Virus record (IMG/VR): IMGVR_UViG_3300028888_000047
Location: 224,001 to 288,000 of that record
Reading direction: 5' to 3' (one strand)
Source: a virus
Taxonomy: Duplodnaviria > Caudoviricetes
DNA: 64,000 bases
The position numbers and the translations under genes were made by a program. This document shows, piece after piece, positions 37,976-47,494 of this stretch; positions within the stretch are counted from its first letter, which is position 1, and every line of letters begins with the position of its first letter. Under the pieces are notes generated by a model. It did not search any database, was not told where the DNA came from, and saw nothing but the letters and a program-made list of their open reading frames with translations.

Positions 37976-38875
37976 TTAAACTTTATCTTCTAATGTTTGA
38001 CTATAATCTATAGATGTATTTTTATTCTTTTTTACTTCATAAACAGGTTGACCTGTTGCGCTATCTTTTAATGTATAATGCTCAGATTGATGATATATTT
38101 GATTATTTTCATCAAATGTTGTAACCAAGCCATTATCAATATCTCTGAGTTGTGAGCCTTCAAGCATATATGCCATTGTGTTTAAATCATGTTCTGTCAT
38201 TTCAATATCAAGCATAACAGGTTCAAATAATGTGTTTACAAATAATATTCTCTGTGTTGGCTTTCCTATATAAGGAGAAGCGCTTGATTTAAAACTAGGA
38301 GCCAATGAAGGTGTCAAAGTTAAAAATGATAAACTTGAACTTTCGTTATACCTATACGTATATGACTTATTACTTGAATCGTTAGACGTTTGTATAATTG
38401 GTTCACACTTATTGTTACTAGTTACTAACCTATAATAATCAGTTCTTTTACCGTCATCGTCTAAATAAATTATTCTATACCCAACAAGAGAATTATTGGT
38501 TGTTAATTTGCTTTTTAATTCTATATTTGCGTTGCCATCCAATATAATTCCTCTAATATTAGGGAAAGCTGTAAGTGTGCTAACATCTGATATGATAGCA
38601 GGTATTTCTTTTGGCTTAATATAAACTGTATAAAACCCTTTCCTATTAAAATATTGTAATGGTAACTTTAAATTATATAATCCCTCTAAAACATTATCTG
38701 TTGCGCCACTTTCACCATTATAAATGACATCACTTAATATAGATGATGGTAATTTGGTAAAAACAGAACTCTCTACGCTATCACTATTTCTTGTTTCGTG
38801 ATAAGCGTAAAATATATCAACATCGTTACTTGTTATTCTTGAAGGAATCGTTGTTCCATATACACCTTGTGACAT
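37976..38875 (-). CDS. Structural protein, baseplate operon
   Basis: Position in operon. Confidence 0.65.
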   Translation of the reverse strand: MSQGVYGTTIPSRITSNDVDIFYAYHETRNSDSVESSVFTKLPSSILSDVIYNGESGATDNVLEGLYNLKLPLQYFNRKGFYTVYIKPKEIPAIISDVSTLTAFPNIRGIILDGNANIELKSKLTTNNSLVGYRIIYLDDDGKRTDYYRLVTSNNKCEPIIQTSNDSSNKSYTYRYNESSSLSFLTLTPSLAPSFKSSASPYIGKPTQRILFVNTLFEPVMLDIEMTEHDLNTMAYMLEGSQLRDIDNGLVTTFDENNQIYHQSEHYTLKDSATGQPVYEVKKNKNTSIDYSQTLEDKV

Positions 38876-38890
38876 ATTGTAATTTATTCT

Positions 38891-41689
38891 TTAATACTTA
38901 TTTATTTTAAAATATCCATTACCCATATTTTCTATGGATTCTACACTTTTTATCTCTTGAAGTTTTAAATGCTTTTCATATGCAGCACTTATACCTCTAT
39001 CTATATAAATATCTGCTTTAATATTTTGAGGCATTGATGAAGCCAAATTAAATTCAGTTCTAAAAACAGGAGTAGCTATCACCCCATTATTTTTTTCAAA
39101 ACCGCCAAACAATTCTTCATTAACCAAATGCCCATTATTATCATATAACATAGGCGTTATTTCAAAATATGTAGAAACATCGCTTTTTGCAATATCATTG
39201 AAATCAGTCAACTCAATAGAACTTACGTCTTGAGAAAGTAAATAATATTTAAATGTAAATGCTTCATCATCATTTAAATAAAATGTTCCTACTTTTTTAT
39301 AAACGTATACACTATCTATATACTTGACGCCATAACTGTTATCTATTCTACTATAATTGGTTCCATCTTTTTCTATCTCTGTTCCCAAATAGTAAGTAAT
39401 GTCACACATCATTGTGTTAACTACTGTGGAATTATTTAATGCGTCATATTCTCTTTCACAATAGTTAATGGCATCCAATGCGTTATCTTCATTTGCGCTA
39501 TGCCTTATAACCTTTTTATGTGATGAGTCCTTATAGTAAAACTCAATATTTGTTATTATATTACCTATAAAATGACCACCGAAGTTTTTTAACTCTGAAA
39601 CTTCTCCAACTTTATAAAGAATATCCAATGTACACTCATCGTATGTTACATTATAATGAGAAGTATCATCAGTTTTATTTATATCAACAACACTTCTAAA
39701 ATAGCCTGGTAATTCATTGCCTAAATCATCTGTACTAATTTCTTTCCTTCTAATTAAATCTAATTTTGAATCGCAATACCCACTAACAATGTTACAATTT
39801 TTCTTTTCAAACAGATAATATATTTCAACAGTATTATCCAATAAAACAAATTTATCTATACCAAGAATATTTAATTGCTCCTTTGAAGGAATCTTATAAG
39901 TAAACATATATGAATTTGTTGACTCATCATATTCCAAAACATTAGGAATTACAATATTGCCATTTAAAATATAAAAAATTGTCGAGCCATAGTTAAAATA
40001 CCCTTCTAATGCTTGATATGTAAATTCAACGCCATCTTCTTCAATAGTCAAATAATTATCGTCAACAAAATATAATACGTCGTTATATAAAACATATTTT
40101 CCACTTTTTACATTGCAGCCTTCATCATAACAATTAGAGCCTTTAAGAAAATAAATTTTTTCTACGCCATTATCAACTTCAACATATTTTCTTTTACCGT
40201 TAAATATAGCATATTCCAAACTACCATCTTTAAAAACCGGCAATTTATTGTTTTTTCTATATTTTACATCAGCTATTGTATTAGAATCATAGCATAATTC
40301 AACATATTTACCATCAATAACTTCATATGTGTTGCCATTAATACAAACATTTTCTATTTTATTAATTGGTATTTCAGAAGTTATTTTTTCTGGGTTGTAT
40401 ATTATTTTGCCATTTAATGGAGAAAAAGTGTATGACGTTACTCCTTTAACATCAAATTCATTTGTATTATGGCTAATATAATAATCAGTATAATTGAGCC
40501 AATCATCTTTCTTAAAAACATTTTCATAATAATCATTGTATTCATATCCACTTACATTATTACTTTTAATAACATAAGTTTCATCAGAAGCACTCTTTTC
40601 ACCAGTTTCATTGTTTGTTATATATGGTTGATAAATTGTAGTTCCCGCTGATGATGATAATGTATTGTGATAATCTACACCTTCTTCCCATTCATTAGAA
40701 AAAATAGACATTTCTCCAAAGTCATCAATAGAATTTGACAATGAAATTGGTATTGTTATTGATGCTGAATTTGTTACAGTACAATTTATGTCAATTCTTT
40801 CAGCCCAATTTTTTAAATCATTATATAATTCTGCCCCTCCAAGATTAATGTATTTAACACAATCATCATTTTTACAATCTTCAGTTGCTGCTAATTGTCC
40901 ATATTTTTCATACATTTCCTTAAACCAACGATACCATTTTATTGCATTAGAATAAAATAGTGTGGTCATTTTCCACGCATCAACAAATTTTGCCGGAATA
41001 CTATATTGTAATATGTAATTGCTCGTAATCCAATTATATGTTATGTCGCCGCCAAGGGCAATAAATTTATCATCTAAATCCTTATAAAAAGTTTCTTGCC
41101 ATTCATTTCTCACCTTTATTTCCCCATAATAGTACTCTATTGCATCATTGTAACTTTTTTTACCATCTACATTTTTTATAAGTTTATAATAATTTTCAAA
41201 AAAAGAGTACCACTTGTTAAGCGTATAATATGTTATTATCTTAACGGGAACGCCTGTAACGCCACTTACTATAGTTCTTCCACTATATCTTGGGTCTGTA
41301 TCTGATGAAGGGTTAAACAAATCATAATAATCATCAGTTCCTGATTTTGGTATGTTAACATAAATGTCTGTAAATTCAGTAATATTGTCTGCTACTTCAT
41401 TTGGTATTATAATATCACTTGGGATTAATCCATAGTTTCCATTAGGAAAATTAACTGAGTTATTTTCGTTAAATGTCATAAACTCAACTCCATGCTCCAA
41501 TTGTGAAACATTTATATTATACTCTGATGCTCTTTTAACCGCGTCACGATAACTATAAAACTTCTCTTCTACATTTTTACCACAAGAATACAAATATGGT
41601 ATCTTCCAGAAATCAACCAAAGATGGTATAATTCCCGGAAGCCTTGATTTTAAATCATTTAACGATATTTTTTTGTGTATTACTTTCAT
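38891..41689 (-). CDS. Structural protein, baseplate operon
   Basis: 932-aa ORF, coupled. Confidence 0.65.
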   Translation of the reverse strand: MKVIHKKISLNDLKSRLPGIIPSLVDFWKIPYLYSCGKNVEEKFYSYRDAVKRASEYNINVSQLEHGVEFMTFNENNSVNFPNGNYGLIPSDIIIPNEVADNITEFTDIYVNIPKSGTDDYYDLFNPSSDTDPRYSGRTIVSGVTGVPVKIITYYTLNKWYSFFENYYKLIKNVDGKKSYNDAIEYYYGEIKVRNEWQETFYKDLDDKFIALGGDITYNWITSNYILQYSIPAKFVDAWKMTTLFYSNAIKWYRWFKEMYEKYGQLAATEDCKNDDCVKYINLGGAELYNDLKNWAERIDINCTVTNSASITIPISLSNSIDDFGEMSIFSNEWEEGVDYHNTLSSSAGTTIYQPYITNNETGEKSASDETYVIKSNNVSGYEYNDYYENVFKKDDWLNYTDYYISHNTNEFDVKGVTSYTFSPLNGKIIYNPEKITSEIPINKIENVCINGNTYEVIDGKYVELCYDSNTIADVKYRKNNKLPVFKDGSLEYAIFNGKRKYVEVDNGVEKIYFLKGSNCYDEGCNVKSGKYVLYNDVLYFVDDNYLTIEEDGVEFTYQALEGYFNYGSTIFYILNGNIVIPNVLEYDESTNSYMFTYKIPSKEQLNILGIDKFVLLDNTVEIYYLFEKKNCNIVSGYCDSKLDLIRRKEISTDDLGNELPGYFRSVVDINKTDDTSHYNVTYDECTLDILYKVGEVSELKNFGGHFIGNIITNIEFYYKDSSHKKVIRHSANEDNALDAINYCEREYDALNNSTVVNTMMCDITYYLGTEIEKDGTNYSRIDNSYGVKYIDSVYVYKKVGTFYLNDDEAFTFKYYLLSQDVSSIELTDFNDIAKSDVSTYFEITPMLYDNNGHLVNEELFGGFEKNNGVIATPVFRTEFNLASSMPQNIKADIYIDRGISAAYEKHLKLQEIKSVESIENMGNGYFKINKY

Positions 41690-44628
41690 TATTCAGCAAC
41701 TTCAACTATAGATTCATTAGCAAATTTTGTTTCAAATAAATTGAACACCATTACATCATTATCAATTACCAATTCTGAGTTTTCCCTTAAATTTTCAGGT
41801 AAATAATAAACATATTTTCCTGTTTCTTTGTTATATATGATGTTTATAGGTATATAAGTTTGATTATAAATATCATTTAAAGCGAAACCATTCTTTAATT
41901 TTTCAACGTCTTCAGATTTGTGCAAATATAATGGTTTGTGCGTAGCATTATCTCTCGGAAGCATAAATTGTATTGTTTTACCTATGCCAGCGTGATTAAA
42001 CTCCACCTTTAAATATATTGTAGCTTCGCGCATTTTCTTTGTGTATTCTTTAAACATATACATATAAAACCCTTCAGATGATGTGTCTGTATTATATTTG
42101 TCCTTTATAACAAATCTACTACTAAGTCTGCGTTCTTCAGTAAATGCGCAAATGTGTTCTTCACTATTAAATATGTCGCTGGGCTCCCCAAAAACAGAAA
42201 TAAAACTATCCTCACTCATTGGGTTGAATATGTTGTAATAACCTTCCCTATAAGCATTGTCTATGAACTTTTTATAAGCGTGATTAGCGTCAAAAAAAAC
42301 AGTAGATGTGCATAGTAATACTTGTGTCTTGGGGTTTGGCGTACTATAATATGATAATCGCAAAAATGTTTTTTTAAGCTTATTTGCTATGCTTTTTACA
42401 TCACCATCTGTAAAATTAATTAACCCCAGCAAATCTGATGCTGAATGCAAAGATTTAATAGCGTTTTGGCCACACAACTCATCGTGTTGCACATTCTTAT
42501 AAAAATTATTATCAGTCACAAACCAATTTGACATTGCATAATTTGCGGTCTCAATGTTACTAAAATCTCTATCATCTTCTATTACTTTCCAATTTTCAAG
42601 ATTTCTTGTTCTAAAATGTAAATTAAACTGTAACTCTGTAATTGGACAAAACACATAGTTTTCTGGTGTACCACTTTTCCAAACAGGATAATATACATCT
42701 TTTTCCATATCAACAATTTTATTGATTGAGTTATCTTTAATATAATCAACAAAATCATTTTTAACAACATCTTCCCTTAACAAGTTATTTGCAGAATTGT
42801 TTAAAAGAGGAAAGTTAAATGAAATATAATCTTGAATTCTATAAATTTTAATTTTTTTCTCCAACGCATAAAAATCTAGTATTGAATATGGCGCTGGGCT
42901 TGACATAGAATTCATTAATCCATTTTCTACTGATAATAACTTATTGCCAAAAGTGTCATATCTAAGTTTAAATCTAAATGATTTCCAATTGTTAACAACG
43001 ACTCCACAAATATCGCGCCTAACCTCATCCATTTCCTCGTCACTTATTGTATCATTATCAACGTCTGGATAAACAATATAACTACTAGAACCATCTATGT
43101 TAGAGACGAACAAATTAAATGAAACCATTTCATTTATGACTACATATTCACTACCATCATTATCAACTATAACAGGGTATTTAACATTGTTTATTGTCAC
43201 ACCACTTGTTGTTTTAACACTATATTTGTTATTATTAATGCCATATTCAATTTTTATGTTATCTTCTGTTGAAAAATCTGACTTATAATAAATTTTATTA
43301 CTTAATCCTGCTTTTTCATTATTAACATTAAAAAGCATAGTTTCACCATTAACAACGGTGCTTGCGCTATCATAATCGTCATTAAAATAAGTTAAAACAT
43401 ATTCATTATCTGACATATTAACAGTGTCATATAAATGGTCTTGAACATAATATTTTTTTCCATTATATGTTATATATCTTTCAGTGTCAATTTTAACGTA
43501 TTCTATTATTTCAATTGGCGCTGTGCTTTCAGCAATTATGTGATTTCCCTCCGAAATATCAAAATTGTCACTAGAATCAATGATAATTAAAAAACAGCCA
43601 TCGTTTTTTTGACTTATTAAAACATCATTGATTTCTAAATATAAATCATCCTCAGGAATATATATGGCGCTTCCAGTATACTCTAAATCATGATGCTCCT
43701 GATATATAGAATCATTACCATAATTGTTTTTTGCTTCATAGAAATTACCATTTATAGTAACGCCATAACCAATATAAGCCCCACCGTCGTCATAAACTTC
43801 CTCCAAGTAATAGTTTTCGCCTTTGTAATTAACAAAGTGCTTGTAGCCCCCATACATTACGTCATCTGCTTCAATAACTGGTTCTTCTTCCTTAATCAAT
43901 AAAAACTTTTGCTTCCTTTTCCATTGGCTAGGAAAAAAATCCACTACTAATAGATTACCATTATTATCAGTATCAGCGCTAACGTTGCAACCATCTATAA
44001 GCCCTATCAACTCATTTGCATTAATAGGGTCGTGATTTTTGCTTAGTCTAATTTCTGGAAATGTATTTGAAAAATCTACCTCATATACATAGTCTCCTAC
44101 AACTAATTTACCATCTTCTATATTTAAAAACGTTTTAATTATAACTTTTTCGTCATAAAAAGACGCTTTATAAAATGAATGATTAATTAGATACCCACTT
44201 GGAGAATTACCATTACCATCAAAAAAATATGATATATCACCGTTATATTCAATATAATTTTGTTCTACGCCACTTATGATATAATCCCCTTCATCAAAAG
44301 TCTCATATTTTTTGTTGTAAACAATCACATAACTTCCATTTTCATCAGAATATATTGGAAGTTTTAAAGCAGTTTCTATTTTTTTAACAGGCAATTCTAT
44401 TTTTACGCCCAATTTACCTTGTATTTTAACGTTTTCAACGTTTATGGTGCTTTTATCGCTATTTAGAAGATAAGGGCTTTCAATTATAACGCTCTCTCCG
44501 TTTATAAGACCTGTGTTATAATCAGTGTAACCTGAAATATATGATAAATCAGGTGACACATACAAATCAGTGATTGGAAAATCGTTTAATTCAATTTCTT
44601 TATTCGTTTTAACTTTATATTTTAACAT
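41689..44628 (-). CDS. Structural protein, baseplate operon
   Basis: 979-aa ORF, coupled. Confidence 0.65.
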   Translation of the reverse strand: MLKYKVKTNKEIELNDFPITDLYVSPDLSYISGYTDYNTGLINGESVIIESPYLLNSDKSTINVENVKIQGKLGVKIELPVKKIETALKLPIYSDENGSYVIVYNKKYETFDEGDYIISGVEQNYIEYNGDISYFFDGNGNSPSGYLINHSFYKASFYDEKVIIKTFLNIEDGKLVVGDYVYEVDFSNTFPEIRLSKNHDPINANELIGLIDGCNVSADTDNNGNLLVVDFFPSQWKRKQKFLLIKEEEPVIEADDVMYGGYKHFVNYKGENYYLEEVYDDGGAYIGYGVTINGNFYEAKNNYGNDSIYQEHHDLEYTGSAIYIPEDDLYLEINDVLISQKNDGCFLIIIDSSDNFDISEGNHIIAESTAPIEIIEYVKIDTERYITYNGKKYYVQDHLYDTVNMSDNEYVLTYFNDDYDSASTVVNGETMLFNVNNEKAGLSNKIYYKSDFSTEDNIKIEYGINNNKYSVKTTSGVTINNVKYPVIVDNDGSEYVVINEMVSFNLFVSNIDGSSSYIVYPDVDNDTISDEEMDEVRRDICGVVVNNWKSFRFKLRYDTFGNKLLSVENGLMNSMSSPAPYSILDFYALEKKIKIYRIQDYISFNFPLLNNSANNLLREDVVKNDFVDYIKDNSINKIVDMEKDVYYPVWKSGTPENYVFCPITELQFNLHFRTRNLENWKVIEDDRDFSNIETANYAMSNWFVTDNNFYKNVQHDELCGQNAIKSLHSASDLLGLINFTDGDVKSIANKLKKTFLRLSYYSTPNPKTQVLLCTSTVFFDANHAYKKFIDNAYREGYYNIFNPMSEDSFISVFGEPSDIFNSEEHICAFTEERRLSSRFVIKDKYNTDTSSEGFYMYMFKEYTKKMREATIYLKVEFNHAGIGKTIQFMLPRDNATHKPLYLHKSEDVEKLKNGFALNDIYNQTYIPINIIYNKETGKYVYYLPENLRENSELVIDNDVMVFNLFETKFANESIVEVAE

Positions 44629-47489
44629 GGGTCAAATTCATTTTCGTTATAATTGATTTTATTTGAAGGGCTGAAATTATGATAATTGTTTATATCCTCA
44701 CCATCCGGAACATAATCAAAAGCATCATCGCTAACATCTCCCAAATGTTCTTTTTGAGGGTCTTGCCTTCTCAAGAAGAAATTAATGCTTCTTTTAATGT
44801 AAAACGCTCCATTTGTAAATGGATATATGTTTTCATTTTCTTCTATCCCATTTGAAACAACATTTCTCCACCCATATCTACAAAAGCCATCCAATATAAC
44901 GTTTGCGTAATCGGGAATATTTTCAGGCTTTTTAAGCAATACATAATCATTAACATTAGCAAAATCAAGTCCTGAGCTATTAACAATTTCGCACGTAAAT
45001 TTGTTTAAATCAATTGGCTCAATAACAACAACATTATACGCTTTATTTGTAGAACGATTATATAGCATTAATTTCTCATTTTTTGAAAAACTATTTTTTA
45101 AAACTGTTTTTATTTCATTGCTGCTTATTGAATATATTTCATATTCTATTGCTTTTTCAGTGTTTAATGTGTTTGAAACTGTTTTGATAGGAATTCTATA
45201 ATGAGGTTGATAATAATAACCTTCTTTAAAAGAAAGCATATCTTTATAATCGTCAGGTACTGAATGATTTAATGGACCATTTTCAAATGCCTCAAATGGG
45301 TCTACCTCATAATCATAATTTATAACCGTTAATTTATTTTCATCTACTTGTATTTCATCGTGACACAAGCGACCAATACCATAATCTCCTGTGGCAATAT
45401 GACAACTTCTAAAAAATGTTAATGACTTTGAAGTTGGATTTATGTTAGATAGTTCCCTTTGAACGGTGTTAAATCTATGCATAGACATTTGTAATGACTG
45501 TTCATCACAATCTATAGGAGAATAACAACAAATATCACCGTAATATTCATAATCTTTGCCTATTTCAACTTCCCCCAAATCTTTTGTTTCTCCATATGTT
45601 AAATCTCTAACATCATATAAAGTAGTTGATTGTCCTATGTTATACCATTCTCTATAATAATCAGATAGCACAAAACTGTCATGTATTTTACCAAAACAAT
45701 GAGAATATTCTACCTCTTCACTACCTAAATCAAATTCTTCATCTATCCCATACCATTTTTTATACCCTTTGTTGTTTTTTACAATTGTCAGATATAAATC
45801 ACTTAATGGTCTTCCAAGGTTATCCTTTAAAAATGAAGTATCAAAATCATCAGTAAATACTATTTCAACAGAATCATCACCATACGCAGTGTTGGCAAAT
45901 CCCAATTTGCCAATGTGACTTTCAAAATTACTTCTCCAATCTTTTGGGTCAGAAAATCTCTCTATTAAATCAGAACCTTCTTTATATAAGGTATAATCAT
46001 TAACTTCTTCGTTTTTAAACTTGAAATTTGGCAACCTTGAAAATTTTCTTACATAATATTTACATTCCACGCCATTCACCACCCTTCTTATATGTATATC
46101 TTGCGCATTTGGGTCAACATTACACCTATTGCTTTCACATATTGGATAATAAATACCGTTATCATCTTGATAAACACCACCACTGTCAAATCTATCGCCT
46201 TCAGTTTCAACCCATTCATTTGATATATCAAAAGATGCTTTATGCACTTGGAATATAAAGTTGTCAACAACGTTTAAAACCTGAACAGAGTCATAAACTA
46301 AATCATCTGATTTGTATATATTAACGGTGTCGCCAACCATTAAACCATGTTGGCAAATTGTATATATTGTTAATACAGACTCTCCATTATCATCAACAGT
46401 ATATTCATCAAACATATAAACCTTTAAAGATGTATTACCACTGCTATCTATTCTGAAAAATGGAAAGTCATTACAATTATTCATTTTTACAACGTTTTTA
46501 CTTGGGTAAGTAATACAATAATTCCAATTGTTTTCAACCCTTCTTCTATATTTATTGTATTTTGGCGTAAAAGAATATAAATCTCTGCCGGGATACATAT
46601 CTATAAATTCGCCAACTTCTTTATTATTTATAGTTCTGTTTATATATTTCCCATAATCATCAAGCACTCCATCCAATTTAACCGAAGCGTTTATAAACGG
46701 ATTTTTAAATCCATACCATCCATTGCTATTTATTAATTTGTTTTCAACACAATCTTCAAAACTCATTATATCTATATTTTGGTATAAATGTAATGGAACT
46801 TGGTCTTGCCTAAAACCACTTCCAAGCTCATATCTAACAAAATTTTCCGAAACAATAACACCATTACTGTCACGCATATAATCATCTATTGTGTTGAAAT
46901 CATTGCTAACATATTTATGTTTACCTTCTGTGATACCGATAGTACCTGCATGCACCGGTATGTCATAGCCTTGACCATATACATCGGAAAATTTACCAAT
47001 TTTCTTTGTAGAATTTATATCATTGTAGTTTACCGCTTTAAAAACTTTATTTCTTATAATGTGATTATTAAAAATGTCTATTCCACAATGATAATCAAAA
47101 CCAAATCTTTCACTGGATAATTGTGTATCTCTAATTGCTTGATATTGATTCCAAACGAAATTTGTGTCCTTACCTATTATATTATTGTCAATATAACCAC
47201 TTTCGAAATTAAGGCATTTAACATCATCAGTTCCTTCATTTTTAACTATTTCAGTATATGGATTAAATAAAATATTACTGCAAAATGGATTTATATTAAC
47301 AACCAATCTAAATTTATTACTTTTTTTACGCTCATCAATATAAACATCATAAGCATCAATCGTACCATCAATAGAATCTTCCGGTAATAATTTCTCATTA
47401 CCGGTCAAATTAAGTGTTAATGATGAGTTTTCGTTAACTGACTTTTTATTAATTGAACTATTAAGTAATATTTTTTCCGTGACTTCCAT
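44622..47489 (-). CDS. Structural protein, baseplate operon
   Basis: 955-aa ORF, coupled. Confidence 0.65.
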   Translation of the reverse strand: MEVTEKILLNSSINKKSVNENSSLTLNLTGNEKLLPEDSIDGTIDAYDVYIDERKKSNKFRLVVNINPFCSNILFNPYTEIVKNEGTDDVKCLNFESGYIDNNIIGKDTNFVWNQYQAIRDTQLSSERFGFDYHCGIDIFNNHIIRNKVFKAVNYNDINSTKKIGKFSDVYGQGYDIPVHAGTIGITEGKHKYVSNDFNTIDDYMRDSNGVIVSENFVRYELGSGFRQDQVPLHLYQNIDIMSFEDCVENKLINSNGWYGFKNPFINASVKLDGVLDDYGKYINRTINNKEVGEFIDMYPGRDLYSFTPKYNKYRRRVENNWNYCITYPSKNVVKMNNCNDFPFFRIDSSGNTSLKVYMFDEYTVDDNGESVLTIYTICQHGLMVGDTVNIYKSDDLVYDSVQVLNVVDNFIFQVHKASFDISNEWVETEGDRFDSGGVYQDDNGIYYPICESNRCNVDPNAQDIHIRRVVNGVECKYYVRKFSRLPNFKFKNEEVNDYTLYKEGSDLIERFSDPKDWRSNFESHIGKLGFANTAYGDDSVEIVFTDDFDTSFLKDNLGRPLSDLYLTIVKNNKGYKKWYGIDEEFDLGSEEVEYSHCFGKIHDSFVLSDYYREWYNIGQSTTLYDVRDLTYGETKDLGEVEIGKDYEYYGDICCYSPIDCDEQSLQMSMHRFNTVQRELSNINPTSKSLTFFRSCHIATGDYGIGRLCHDEIQVDENKLTVINYDYEVDPFEAFENGPLNHSVPDDYKDMLSFKEGYYYQPHYRIPIKTVSNTLNTEKAIEYEIYSISSNEIKTVLKNSFSKNEKLMLYNRSTNKAYNVVVIEPIDLNKFTCEIVNSSGLDFANVNDYVLLKKPENIPDYANVILDGFCRYGWRNVVSNGIEENENIYPFTNGAFYIKRSINFFLRRQDPQKEHLGDVSDDAFDYVPDGEDINNYHNFSPSNKINYNENEFDPC

Positions 47490-47494
47490 TTTAA